From an uncultured Syntrophomonadaceae bacterium (GTDB lineage: Bacteria > Bacillota > Dethiobacteria > DTU022): a stretch of DNA of 64,000 nt. Both the position numbers and the translations under genes were made by a program. The DNA lies in the NCBI GenBank assembly GCA_964506505.1, contig CAZDKY010000019.1, positions 606-64,605 on the forward strand, read 5' to 3'. Shown here one piece after another: positions 25,268 through 36,022 of this stretch. The notes beneath the pieces were generated by a model. The model saw only the letters and a list, made by a program, of their open reading frames with translations. It ran no database searches and had not been told where the DNA came from. Position 1 is the stretch's first letter. Every line of letters begins with the position of its first letter.

Positions 25268-26560
25268 TTAAGAAGGCCAGAAGAAGTGAATCAAAGCAAC
25301 AACCGCCAGCACATAAATCAACCAGTGGATTTCTTTGCCCTTACCAGCAACCAGCTTGACAATCGGGTAAGCTATGAACCCAAAAGCAATACCGTCGGCA
25401 ATGCTGTAAGCCAGGGGCATAAAGATTATTGTCAGAAAAGCGGGCAGTGCTTCAGTAAAATCTTCGAAATTGATTTTAGATACCGCACCAACCATCATCA
25501 CCCCGACTATAATCAAAGCCGGAGCCGTCGCCTCAGCCGGAACCAATCCGGCCAGTGGGGCCAGGAAAAGAGTCAGCAGGAACAAAATTCCTACTACTAT
25601 CGAAGTTAAGCCCGTCCTGCCGCCTTCGGAAATCCCGGCGGTCGATTCCACGTAGGTGGTCACCGTACTTGTCCCAAGAATGGCTCCACCCATGGTACCA
25701 ATTGAGTCAGCCAGCATGGCCTTGTTTACCTTGGGCAGGCGGCCGTCCTTATCGAGGAAGCCGGCCCTGGCTCCCGTTCCCAGCAGTGTACCCATGGTAT
25801 CAAAGACATCAACAAAGATAAAAGAAAAAATAACGAAGAATGGAATGGCCAGTGCGGCTCTCAGATCCAGCTTAAAGAAAACTGGTGCCAGGCTTGCCGG
25901 GGGTCCAAAGATATCACCCAGGCCACCGGGCAGAGGTTGAATGCCCATAATAAAGCTGACAATAGTCGTCAGCAGGATACCGATCAGAATCGCTCCCCGT
26001 ACTTTGCGGGCCATGAGAACAGCAATAATGAGAATCCCGATCAGTGAAAGCATCGGGCCGGGAGCAGTCAAATCGCCCAGGGCCACCTGGGTCGCTTCAC
26101 TGCTGACAATTATACCGGCGTTCTGCAGACCGATATAGGCGATGAACAGTCCGATCCCGGCTGCTACCGCGCTCTTCAGACTGGATGGCACCGCCGCATC
26201 AATATGCGAAATTGCTCCGGAAATAGCAAGAATAAAGAATACGATACCTGAGATTAAAACGGCACCGAGAGCAGCCTGCCAGCCAAATTGAGCGGCAACA
26301 ACAAAAGCAAAAAAGGCGTTCAAACCCATTCCGCTGGCCAGGGCAAAGGGATAGTTGGTCATCAATCCCATTAAAATAGTAGTCAGGGCCGCAGCGATAA
26401 TCGTAGCTGTCATCACCGCACCGAAATCCATTCCGGCGCCTTCTAATATGGAAGGGTTAACAAAGATAATATAGGCCATAGTCATAAAAGTGGTAATGCC
26501 TGCGGTGATTTCAGTCTTCACATCAGTCTTATGTTCTTTAAATTTAAAAAGATTTTCCAT
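25268..26560 (-). CDS. Purine (guanine/hypoxanthine/adenine) permease, NCS2/AzgA-PbuG family
   Basis: 430 aa; 12+ TM segments; MENLFKFKEHKTDVKTEITAGITTFMTMAYIIFVNPSIL is typical of AzgA/PbuG; located just upstream of the pur operon. Confidence 0.8.
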   Translation of the reverse strand: MENLFKFKEHKTDVKTEITAGITTFMTMAYIIFVNPSILEGAGMDFGAVMTATIIAAALTTILMGLMTNYPFALASGMGLNAFFAFVVAAQFGWQAALGAVLISGIVFFILAISGAISHIDAAVPSSLKSAVAAGIGLFIAYIGLQNAGIIVSSEATQVALGDLTAPGPMLSLIGILIIAVLMARKVRGAILIGILLTTIVSFIMGIQPLPGGLGDIFGPPASLAPVFFKLDLRAALAIPFFVIFSFIFVDVFDTMGTLLGTGARAGFLDKDGRLPKVNKAMLADSIGTMGGAILGTSTVTTYVESTAGISEGGRTGLTSIVVGILFLLTLFLAPLAGLVPAEATAPALIIVGVMMVGAVSKINFEDFTEALPAFLTIIFMPLAYSIADGIAFGFIAYPIVKLVAGKGKEIHWLIYVLAVVALIHFFWPS

Positions 26561-26660
26561 CTTTTACCTCCTAACTGTTTTTGAATACTGAGTTTATTCA
26601 AGTGAAATTAAATATTTCGTTTGCCTTGCAGGTTAAGGCTCACCTCCCGGACTATAAATT

Positions 26661-26815
26661 AAAAAACCCTGTCAGATAGGTATCGAGTGAAACCTACCCG
26701 CCTGGGCTTTTATCCCTCCGGTGTGACACCCATGAAGATAAGTTCTGCAGCAGTGGATGTCTGCGCCACTTGGACCAGCCCGGCTATGATCCTGCTCCGG
26801 CGGAACCCTAGGCAC
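26661..26815 (-). promoter_or_regulatory. ykkC-family riboswitch (probably the PRPP-sensing subtype 2b) with a terminator/antiterminator expression platform, in the leader of the permease-pur operon
   Basis: The minus-sense transcript reads CCUAGGGUUCCGCCGGAGCAGG...GGCUGGUCCAAGUG...CACACCGGAGGGAUAAAAGCCCAGGCGGGUAGGUUUCACUCGAUACCUAUCUGACAGGGUUUUUU. This matches the ykkC core blocks CUAGGGUUCCG / GGUCCGAGAG / ACGGAGGGAUAAAAGCCCGGGA. A terminator stem overlaps the 3' aptamer arm and is followed by U6. Confidence 0.7.
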
Positions 26816-26827
26816 ACTTTCCCTCGT

Positions 26828-26857
26828 AATTATTGATTACCCAACAGCCGTCCTTAA
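26828..26857 (-). promoter_or_regulatory. Candidate sigma-A promoter (TTAAGG-18-ATAATT) for the riboswitch/permease transcript
   Basis: -35/-10-like hexamers about 12 nt upstream of the aptamer 5' end; motif-level evidence only. Confidence 0.35.
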
Positions 26858-27074
26858 CAAAACAAGCGGCCAGCTGGATCGTTTATCTGCTCTGACAAAC
26901 GATTATCAACTCCCTGCTTTGCTGTAGAACTGTTACGGTAACGATTTATTCTTTCGCCGTATTGACTAATAATCCTTCAAAAAAAGATAAATATCTTCTC
27001 CCATATTTCAACGCTCAAAATAATTTAATAGTTATGTGGACAGTCTTGATATCTTAAACTTGTTTCGGATCAGG

Positions 27075-27121
27075 ACCTGTTAAAAGCAAAGCAGCCCTGT
27101 CATCATGGACAGGGCTGCTTT
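27075..27121 (-). terminator. Intrinsic terminator downstream of groEL (perfect 14-bp stem, bidirectional palindrome)
   Basis: AAAGCAGCCCTGTC-atcatg-GACAGGGCTGCTTT followed by a U-rich tract in the minus sense. Confidence 0.7.
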
Positions 27122-27139
27122 ATTAAATTATTATTTGCC

Positions 27140-28783
<1,644 letters not shown>

Positions 28784-28810
28784 TTACCTCCTTATGTCCT
28801 CAGGGACAGA

Positions 28811-29098
28811 TTAGTTAACCACTGCCAGTATATCGTCCTGCCTTAAAATCAGGTACTCTTCGCCTTCAACTTTCACTTCCGCACCGGCATAACGGGAAAA
28901 TATTATTTTTTCTCCCACTTTAACGTCCATATCCATTCTGTTCCCGCTGTCAAGTACTTTTCCGTCGCCTACTGCCATTACTTCACCCTCCTGGGGTTTT
29001 TCCCTGGCTTTGTCGGGCAACACGATGCCGCTGGCTGTTTTTTCTTCCGCCTCCAGGACCTTTACTACGACCCTGTCTGCTAATGGTTTAAGATTCAT
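28811..29098 (-). CDS. groES: Co-chaperonin GroES (10 kDa)
   Basis: 95 aa; [29 protein letters not shown]. Confidence 0.95.
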   Translation of the reverse strand: MNLKPLADRVVVKVLEAEEKTASGIVLPDKAREKPQEGEVMAVGDGKVLDSGNRMDMDVKVGEKIIFSRYAGAEVKVEGEEYLILRQDDILAVVN

Positions 29099-29126
29099 CT
29101 AACCTGCCTCCTTTGTGATTTGTTTC

Positions 29127-29158
29127 TTAGCAGCACTCTCCCTTAACGAGTGCTAATA
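29127..29158 (-). promoter_or_regulatory. CIRCE-like HrcA operator in the groES leader
   Basis: The minus sense reads TTAGCACTC-GTTAAGGGA-GAGTGCTGCTAA. The left arm is a perfect CIRCE match, with a 9-nt spacer. The right arm carries a 3-nt insertion. Confidence 0.75.
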
Positions 29159-29183
29159 TTACTGTAAATAATATTACTGTAAA
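29156..29183 (-). promoter_or_regulatory. Candidate sigma-A promoter of groESL (TTTACA-16-TAATAT) abutting CIRCE
   Basis: The minus sense reads TTTACAgtaatattatttacagTAATAT immediately 5' of CIRCE. A direct repeat TATTACTGTAAA x2 is also present. Confidence 0.5.
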
Positions 29184-29199
29184 GCATTGCCTTAAGCAA

Positions 29200-29235
29200 A
29201 CACAAAGGCAGGCCTTCTAAGGCCTGCCTTTGTGT
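29200..29235 (-). terminator. Palindromic hairpin terminator between the small Cys-rich ORF and the groES promoter
   Basis: ACACAAAGGCAGGCC-ttctaa-GGCCTGCCTTTGTGT with U-rich flanks on both strands. Confidence 0.5.
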
Positions 29236-29305
29236 TTAATAAACAATTTATCTATTTTACTCGATATTTCTCTTTATTGCTTCTTCATACGCATTATTTC
29301 ATGCC

Positions 29306-29494
29306 TTAGAAACAGCCCAGTTGACAGCCGACGAGCTTTACATCCAGTTTATTACATTCATTGCCCACTTCGATAGGCAGGCAGTCCAATTCGGAGGCAA
29401 TCCTTAAAGCTTTCTTACAGGTCATCTTACTATTTTCCGCTTCAGATAGTATTCTTTCCTGCAATTTTTTCTCTTTTTCCTGATCAACAACCAT
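29306..29494 (-). CDS. Small cysteine-rich hypothetical protein (62 aa)
   Basis: ORF with four Cys (C..C...C....C); no confident family assignment. Confidence 0.4.
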   Translation of the reverse strand: MVVDQEKEKKLQERILSEAENSKMTCKKALRIASELDCLPIEVGNECNKLDVKLVGCQLGCF

Positions 29495-29517
29495 TTTAAA
29501 ACCCCCATTCAGTTTAT

Positions 29518-30111
29518 TTAAAAAAATATAATTCTACCGCTTATCTTCTTACCGGTGATACTAAGCAACCCGCAACTGGGAGAAAATCCGTGGCGCGGAT
29601 CTACTGCCGAACCGGGGTTAAAAAACAATATTCCATCATACTCCCTGTTTACAGGTTCATGAATGTGTCCGAAAACAATAGCTTGCAATTTACGCGGCGC
29701 AAACAGGGAAGAAACCTGTTTAAAGAGTACCTGTCTGCCCGTTACATCACCGTGCAGCATGCCTATGGTTATTTCGCCAATCCTTAATAATTTCAACCGG
29801 CCCAGTTTATTTTTCAGTTCCGGCGGATCCATGTTGCCTCCTACTGCTTCCACCGGAGCAATGGCTTCAAGTTCTACAATAATCTCAGCCTTAACCAGAT
29901 CTCCACAATGTAAAATCAGATCTGCCCCATCCAAGGCCCTGAATAATTCAGGAGGCAAAAAACGTGCCCTGCTGGGAACATGAGTATCGGAAACCACCCC
30001 GATTGTTTTTATTGTTTCGTCGTATTCTACCGTGATATATTGTTCTGTCATTTCTATTTCCCTCACAATTTCACCGGGGCTACTATACAATATCATATCA
30101 CTTTTTGGCAT
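29518..30111 (-). CDS. Metallophosphoesterase (YfcE/MJ0936 family phosphodiesterase)
   Basis: GVVSDTHVP...LHCGD...GNMD...GHIHEP motifs. Confidence 0.8.
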   Translation of the reverse strand: MPKSDMILYSSPGEIVREIEMTEQYITVEYDETIKTIGVVSDTHVPSRARFLPPELFRALDGADLILHCGDLVKAEIIVELEAIAPVEAVGGNMDPPELKNKLGRLKLLRIGEITIGMLHGDVTGRQVLFKQVSSLFAPRKLQAIVFGHIHEPVNREYDGILFFNPGSAVDPRHGFSPSCGLLSITGKKISGRIIFF

Positions 30112-30139
30112 ATAATAAATATTATCAATTTAAACCGGC

Positions 30140-30167
30140 AATAAGTTAATAAGTTAATACCCAGGGT
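30140..30167 (+). repeat. 28-bp glycan-locus junction element, copy 1 (AATAAGTTAATAAGTTAATACCCAGGGT read on the plus strand)
   Basis: Exact shared motif; see the first finding. Confidence 0.9.
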
Positions 30168-30237
30168 CGCGTTTTTTTTCGTGAAGGAACCCGCCGGTGC
30201 AGCGGCGAAAATAAAATAGTTATAAAGGAGAGCAACC

Positions 30238-31011
30238 GTGATCGTCAAATTGCTGCAGGGTTTATTGATTGGAATAGCCTTTATCTTGCCCGGTCTGAGC
30301 GCCGGGACAGTTATTCTCATCTTCGGTTTCTACCGCCAGTTTCTGGACGATATTGCAGTTCTGCGCCTTAAAAAATACTGGCCCATGATTGCCGGCGCTG
30401 CTGTTGCTGCCCTGGCCGGTGTATATACTATCGGCTATCTACTGGAACATTTCGATAAACCCTTAATGGCTTTCCTCTTCGGTATGCTCCTTGCATCTGT
30501 CACTGCTGTTGTCGATATCCGTCGCGGCATGCGTATCCAGCCACTGCCACTTCTTTTCGCCGCAGCCGGTTTTGCCCTCGTCTGGTTTGTCGTCTGCGAG
30601 CCCACCAATACTTTTACCGTCCTTCCTCCGGGAGGCCTCTTACACTTCTTTATAGGGGGCACCCTGTCCAGCGCAACGATGCTGCTTCCCGGGGTTTCCG
30701 GAAGCGCGGTCCTGATCATAATCAATCTTTATGATGAGGCCATTTATGCCATCAGTAACTGGCAGTGGTTAAGGATATCTGCTTTAGGCGCTGGATTTAT
30801 CTTTGGGCTGCTGGGCCTGGCCCGGCTGCTTTCTGCTCTTTACCGCCGCTACCAGTCCGAGGTTTCCTACCTTTTAGCCGGCCTGATTCTCGGCTCCACC
30901 AGAGCCCTCCTGCCTGCCAGTTTCAATCTTACCTTTATAGTGTTAGCAATCTGCGGGTCTCTCCTCGTTCTATATATCACAAACCGCTTACGTTTAAGGG
31001 TTTTTCGCTAA
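30238..31011 (+). CDS. DUF368 family membrane protein (polyprenyl-phosphate transporter-like)
   Basis: 257 aa, GTG start; MIVKLLQGLLIGIAFILPGLSAGTVIL, characteristic DUF368 N-terminus. Confidence 0.75.
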   Translation: MIVKLLQGLLIGIAFILPGLSAGTVILIFGFYRQFLDDIAVLRLKKYWPMIAGAAVAALAGVYTIGYLLEHFDKPLMAFLFGMLLASVTAVVDIRRGMRIQPLPLLFAAAGFALVWFVVCEPTNTFTVLPPGGLLHFFIGGTLSSATMLLPGVSGSAVLIIINLYDEAIYAISNWQWLRISALGAGFIFGLLGLARLLSALYRRYQSEVSYLLAGLILGSTRALLPASFNLTFIVLAICGSLLVLYITNRLRLRVFR

Positions 31012-31036
31012 TTCGTTCAAATCCCTGGTTATTTCG

Positions 31037-32014
31037 CTAAACTCTTCCAGTAAAACTTTTCACCATTGTCGCCAGCCCTTCTTTGAGATCGGTATGCGGT
31101 AAGAATCCCAGTTCCTCGCGGGCCCGGCTCGTATCAGCGTAAGTATGGGGTGGGTCACCGGCCTGTACCGATTCTCGTCGGATGTTTATATCTTTCCCGA
31201 TCAGGTCATGCAAAATCTCCAGCACCCCGTTCACCGAGATCCTTGTTCCTCCGCCAATGTTGTAAACCCGTCCCGCAGCCCTTTTTGCCTGCACTGCTGC
31301 CAGGTTGGCGTCAACTATGTCATCCACATAAGTAAAATCGCGCGTCTGCTCCCCTGTGCCGTAGACAACTACTTCTTCATCATCCAGGATGGCCCTGATA
31401 AAACGATGAAAAGCCATATCCGGCCGCTGTCCGGGCCCGTAAACTGTAAAGTAACGCAGGCTCACTACCGGAATGTTAAAATTATGGTGGTAAAGATTGC
31501 AAAGGTGTTCGGCGGCCAGTTTACTGACTCCATAAGGAGAAACAGGCCGCGGTAGATCATCTTCCGCCATTGGCAGTTTCTCGGCCACCCCGTAGACGGA
31601 GGATGAAGAAGCGTAGATAAAACGCTCCGGCTTGCTGCGACGGGCCCACTCGAGCAGTCTTTGCGTGGCCAGGATATTGTTATGCGTGTAATGAGCAAAC
31701 TCCCGCCCCCAGCTGGCCCTCACCCCGGCCTGTGCTGCCTGGTGGAATACCCACCTTACACCAGCAGGCAGAGAATCGGCCGATTCCACAAGATCTTCCC
31801 GGTGCAAGGTAAAGTTTGGATTGCATAGCAATTCGGCAACATTTCTTTTCTTGATCTCAATATCATAATAATCCGTAAAACAATCAACCCCGATTACCCT
31901 GTGCCCTTCCCGTATCAGTTTTTTAGCAAGATGATAACCGATAAAACCAGCTGCCCCGGTGACCAGGCACAAACAATTAGCGCTCTTTTCTGCAGTCATC
32001 CTGTACACTCCCAC
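31037..32014 (-). CDS. NAD-dependent nucleotide-sugar epimerase (UDP-glucuronate 4-epimerase-like)
   Basis: 325 aa; GAAGFIGYHL Rossmann motif; SDR-extended YxxxK. Confidence 0.8.
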   Translation of the reverse strand: MGVYRMTAEKSANCLCLVTGAAGFIGYHLAKKLIREGHRVIGVDCFTDYYDIEIKKRNVAELLCNPNFTLHREDLVESADSLPAGVRWVFHQAAQAGVRASWGREFAHYTHNNILATQRLLEWARRSKPERFIYASSSSVYGVAEKLPMAEDDLPRPVSPYGVSKLAAEHLCNLYHHNFNIPVVSLRYFTVYGPGQRPDMAFHRFIRAILDDEEVVVYGTGEQTRDFTYVDDIVDANLAAVQAKRAAGRVYNIGGGTRISVNGVLEILHDLIGKDINIRRESVQAGDPPHTYADTSRAREELGFLPHTDLKEGLATMVKSFTGRV

Positions 32015-32036
32015 CTCCTCAAATCATCAAGCTCCT

Positions 32037-32064
32037 ACCCTGTGTATTAACTTATTAACTTATT
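32037..32064 (-). repeat. Junction element, copy 2 (ACCCTGTGTATTAACTTATTAACTTATT on the plus strand)
   Basis: Sits 2 nt after the LCP gene stop and about 22 nt before the epimerase ATG. Confidence 0.9.
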
Positions 32065-32066
32065 GA

Positions 32067-33062
32067 TTATTGTCCCGATTTACCAGCGATAATTTTCAGA
32101 ATTTCTTTCAGCGATTCTTCGTCCAACCGCAAACAGTAGGTTTGCCCTCCATCGGTGGTAAAGTAATCACCCTGCAGTGAATAATCGGATATGGCATCCG
32201 CCTCCAGCCGCTCCGCGGCGAAAAGAGTGAGAGCAACAATCTGGTTGAAGCTAAGATCGGTGTGAATATGCTCGCGGTATGTCGAGTAAGCCGGTATGAG
32301 GTAGCGGAAAAGACCCATTTCCTGGAAATAGTCGAAAGTAGCCAGGAGCAGCGCTTTCTGGCGCTTAATTCGGTTCAAATCATCGCGGGCGTCAGGTTCG
32401 CGATAGGTCAGATAAGTTATGTAGCCCTGACCGTCCAACATCTGCGGTCCGGCATCGAGCGATTCCCTTGGAGTAAAACCGACCAGGGGCCTTTCCACGG
32501 TATAGTAAACTCCGCCCAGGGCATCGATGAGCTGCTTCAATCCCTGGATATCCATGGCCAGATAATGGTAAATCTCCAGCCCTTCAAGGAGCAGATTGAC
32601 TGTTTCTACCGCGCTTTCCAGCCCGGCCTCGTGTCTTTCTGCCTTTTCAGCGTCCTCTTCCAGGGCCTGCCTGTAGCCATAGCTGTAGGACTGGCGAATG
32701 CGATCTTCGCTCTTCTCACCGGCAATCTCCACGTAGGAATCCCGCGGCACGGCGAGCAATGTCAGTGTATTCTCCTCAAAATTTACTGAAGCAACCAGGA
32801 TAGTATCAACATAATATATTTCACCAAAGGTATTGTCCTTGTTGCGATTGTGCAGACCCAACACCGCAATATTGATTACCCGGTTTTCGAATTCCTCTTC
32901 CACCGTTCCGGCATTGCTGTAATCAGTCTGAAACAGCGAAGCGGGTTTATAATAAACCTGGTAGACACCATAAAAAATGACAGTCAGGGAAACGACAATT
33001 ATCAACACAATAATGGCCAGTGAAATATAAAACCTGCCTCTGGCTGTGATCTCTTCCATCAA
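32067..33062 (-). CDS. LytR-CpsA-Psr (LCP) family glycopolymer phosphotransferase
   Basis: 331 aa; N-terminal TM segment plus LCP domain. Confidence 0.85.
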   Translation of the reverse strand: MMEEITARGRFYISLAIIVLIIVVSLTVIFYGVYQVYYKPASLFQTDYSNAGTVEEEFENRVINIAVLGLHNRNKDNTFGEIYYVDTILVASVNFEENTLTLLAVPRDSYVEIAGEKSEDRIRQSYSYGYRQALEEDAEKAERHEAGLESAVETVNLLLEGLEIYHYLAMDIQGLKQLIDALGGVYYTVERPLVGFTPRESLDAGPQMLDGQGYITYLTYREPDARDDLNRIKRQKALLLATFDYFQEMGLFRYLIPAYSTYREHIHTDLSFNQIVALTLFAAERLEADAISDYSLQGDYFTTDGGQTYCLRLDEESLKEILKIIAGKSGQ

Positions 33063-34498
33063 TCTTCTCCGCCATCACTGCTGTCGTGTGATTCCGGTCC
33101 TTTCGAAACGACCAGGTTGATCACTGTTCCCGTGGGCACATTCTTGCCGGAAGGGGGATCGCTGTAAATAACCAGCCCTTTCTCCAGGACCTCGTAATAG
33201 CTCTCTTCAATTTCGCCCGGGTCAAGGCCGACATCTTCGAGCAGTGACCGCGCTTCTCCAACAGTCAGGCCGCGAAGCTCCGGAATGCGGATTAGGGCAG
33301 CCTCGTCTTCTTCTAATGTGACTTCTTCCTCTACGTCCTGCTCCTCGTTGTCAAAGGGATGGTAAAGCTCTCCGAGCTCTTCTTCCCGGCGCCGCTTTTC
33401 CTGCTCAGCCAGGTATTCGGGACTGTCCTTTATCTCTATAGGCGGCCACGTTTCCACGTCAATACCAAACACTTCCTTAATAATCTGGACCCGTTCATTC
33501 TGCCTGATAATCTGCAGCCAGCGCCCGTCTTTCATCGCCCCGTCACCCGGAATGGTATAAAAATCAAAATTATCGTCGCCTATTTCCAGGTCCCTGGCAT
33601 AGTAAGCCAGGGCAGCGATCTGCTTGTAGCTCAGGTCGGTCTCCACGTAATCCTTGTAAATCCGGTAGATGGTGGGAACATCGGTCAGTTTGCCCTCTTC
33701 CTTCAGGTAAATGATGGTTTCCTTCAGCAGATTCATCTGGCGGTCGATTCGCCCGATATCTCCCCCGGTTGAACCATCGCGATACTGCAGATAGCGCAGG
33801 TAAGTCTTGCCGTCCATGATCTGCGGCCCTTCCGGCACCAGTAGTTCGCCCACATTCCAGTACTTGTCGTAAATCGGCTCTTCCACTTCGTAATATATTC
33901 CGCCCACAGCATCAACCAGGGCCACAATTGAATACATATCAACCGAGGCGTAATAATGAATTGGAATGTCGCCAAGAACATTACTAACAGTCTGCAGGGT
34001 ATAGCGGATTCCGTCTGCATCGGGGTCTTCGCTTTCTCCGGAGCGGTAGCCGAAATAGAAAGAGTGATTGATCTTTTCATAAGCACCACCACGGTTATAG
34101 ATGGGTACGTATGAATCGCGGGGAATACGGACTACCGATATGCTGTCCTCATCAAAATTGATCGAAAATACAGCCAGCATATCGGGGCGGAACAGATATT
34201 CACCCATATTTTCACGGTTCCAGCCACGGTCAAAGCCGATCAGGGCAATATTAACAATATGGTTCGGGAAAAGTTCGTTTACATCATATTCTTCTGCAAA
34301 TTCTGCATCGTCTAGCAGCACCCGCTGCGGCTCTTTAACTTCTTCTATGAAAGCCAGACCGTAACCCACCACCGCCGTCGCGGCCACCAGGATCACGGCA
34401 GCGCTAATCAGCAGGGCTTTTTTCAGTCTGCTCCAACCTCTTTTCTTTTTATTCAAAACCTGGTTATTTGCCGTCCCATTTTTCTTTTTATCGGACAT
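33059..34498 (-). CDS. LCP family protein with a C-terminal PASTA domain
   Basis: 479 aa; TM segment, LCP domain, then LRGLTVGEARSLLEDVGLDPG...VINLVVSKGPE (PASTA). Confidence 0.8.
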   Translation of the reverse strand: MSDKKKNGTANNQVLNKKKRGWSRLKKALLISAAVILVAATAVVGYGLAFIEEVKEPQRVLLDDAEFAEEYDVNELFPNHIVNIALIGFDRGWNRENMGEYLFRPDMLAVFSINFDEDSISVVRIPRDSYVPIYNRGGAYEKINHSFYFGYRSGESEDPDADGIRYTLQTVSNVLGDIPIHYYASVDMYSIVALVDAVGGIYYEVEEPIYDKYWNVGELLVPEGPQIMDGKTYLRYLQYRDGSTGGDIGRIDRQMNLLKETIIYLKEEGKLTDVPTIYRIYKDYVETDLSYKQIAALAYYARDLEIGDDNFDFYTIPGDGAMKDGRWLQIIRQNERVQIIKEVFGIDVETWPPIEIKDSPEYLAEQEKRRREEELGELYHPFDNEEQDVEEEVTLEEDEAALIRIPELRGLTVGEARSLLEDVGLDPGEIEESYYEVLEKGLVIYSDPPSGKNVPTGTVINLVVSKGPESHDSSDGGED

Positions 34499-34565
34499 CC
34501 CGTCGACCTCCCGAAAGCGGAAATAATTTCCTATCCACCCTTGCTCAAGGTTTATTTATTTTCAA

Positions 34566-35843
34566 TTATAGCACTGCCAAATGATCCAGGACCCTTCTGC
34601 CGCTCAAAAAACACTGATCGGACCAGAGGTAATCCCACTCCCCGAAACGCCCCACTGAAAGAATACCGGATTCTCCAATATATTTGAGGGCACAGTGACG
34701 TCGTTCTACCATATCCCTGTCGAAAACCACATTGCCGTATGGTAAAACGCGATAATCACAGGCCACAATATCTTTTTTCTCCGCCAGGCCAAGTTTTCCC
34801 ACCGTATTGATAACGTGTTCCACCAGCTCTTCACCTTCCAGCGGCAACGGCTTAATGCGTGAAAAATAGGTTTCAAACTGCAGCGAGCTGCAGCCCGGCG
34901 GCGCGTTGTCAGGCGACTTGCGGTAAGGAGCATGAACCCTGGCCGGCAAAATATCGCGGTCGTAAATGTAAAACCAGAGATGCTTTCCGGCCCGGGGAAC
35001 ACGAAAACCCAGCGAGACGAGTGCTATGGAGGTTGCCCAGAGGCCGGCAGCTGCCTCCTTTACCGCCTGCGGCACACCTTTAATCATAGCAACCAGCTCG
35101 GGCAACGGCACACTGCTTACCAGCAGATCATAATATTCCCGCGAACCATCTGCAAAATCGATATATTTTTTCTGCGGATCGATACTCACTGCCTTTTTCC
35201 CCGTCCTTATATCCACTCCCCGGGCCAGTTTCTCCAGGATAGACCTGAAACCTCCCTGCTTCGGATAGAGCATTTTGGGCAAATAATAAGTTGAAGGTGT
35301 TTCATCGGTCATCGCCCCGTAGAGAACTTCCTTCAGGGAAGGTCTGTATAGACGGTTGCCAATCCAGTCAGTGCTCATTTTTTCCGGGGACACTGTCCAG
35401 TATTTTTCAGTATAGCGACAGGGATAGCGTTCAGCGATAACCGTACCGAACTGCTGCTCCAGCCACTCACGGTAGTTGGCATCTTCTTTCCTGGAAGGCC
35501 GATCCATGAAGCTGAGAATTGCTTCAACCTTTTCTTCAGCCGGCAGGGGGTATAAATTGTTCTGAACCGGATGCTTGAGCCAGCGTCCTCTTTCATAATT
35601 ATAAGGTTCGGGATAGTGGATGTGACAGTCAATACTGTCCAGAACTCTTTGAAAAGGTTCGTTGTTGCTAAAGGCAAAATGGACCGCCCGGTCAAATCGA
35701 TACCCCTTCACCGTAAAATTGTCCAGCAGGCCGCCCCACCGCTCCGCCGCTTCAAAAATAACCGCTTCCCGTCCGGCCTTGGTAGCGTGCCCCGCCGCCG
35801 AAATACCAGCTATTCCGCCTCCCAGGATCAAAATCTCCGCCAT
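34566..35843 (-). CDS. FAD/NAD(P)-binding oxidoreductase (amine-oxidase / UDP-galactopyranose-mutase-like fold)
   Basis: 425 aa; ILILGGGIAGISAA dinucleotide-binding motif. Confidence 0.65.
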   Translation of the reverse strand: MAEILILGGGIAGISAAGHATKAGREAVIFEAAERWGGLLDNFTVKGYRFDRAVHFAFSNNEPFQRVLDSIDCHIHYPEPYNYERGRWLKHPVQNNLYPLPAEEKVEAILSFMDRPSRKEDANYREWLEQQFGTVIAERYPCRYTEKYWTVSPEKMSTDWIGNRLYRPSLKEVLYGAMTDETPSTYYLPKMLYPKQGGFRSILEKLARGVDIRTGKKAVSIDPQKKYIDFADGSREYYDLLVSSVPLPELVAMIKGVPQAVKEAAAGLWATSIALVSLGFRVPRAGKHLWFYIYDRDILPARVHAPYRKSPDNAPPGCSSLQFETYFSRIKPLPLEGEELVEHVINTVGKLGLAEKKDIVACDYRVLPYGNVVFDRDMVERRHCALKYIGESGILSVGRFGEWDYLWSDQCFLSGRRVLDHLAVL

Positions 35844-36022
35844 TGCATCCTCCTTTAATCCTGCTGCTCATCTTACTGCAATCGCAGCACCTTTAAAGGT
35901 GCTGTTTTTGTTCTGTTAATGCTGTCTTTGTTCTATTGGTGCTGCCCTTTTCTTACCGCTGCAGCCATAGTCTTTAAAAAACATTTAGGATATGGCTCCT
36001 CCTTCCTCCTGGTTTTAGTCAT

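Noticed and set aside
26880-27000. Possible tandem guanine/purine riboswitch or ZTP riboswitch upstream of the ykkC aptamer
   Set aside because: ACCGUAAC and AGUUCUAC-like strings are present but in the wrong order and spacing for a purine aptamer. A CCCGCCUGGGC string resembling the ZTP 3' element is on the wrong strand and lacks the UGACUGGCG partner.
35844-36022. 22-codon sORF and the palindrome CAGCACCTTTAAAGGTGCTG between wbaP and the FAD-oxidoreductase gene
   Set aside because: There is no U-tract after the palindrome. The sORF has an RBS but no conservation signal I can assess, so it is most likely a fortuitous or weak regulatory structure.
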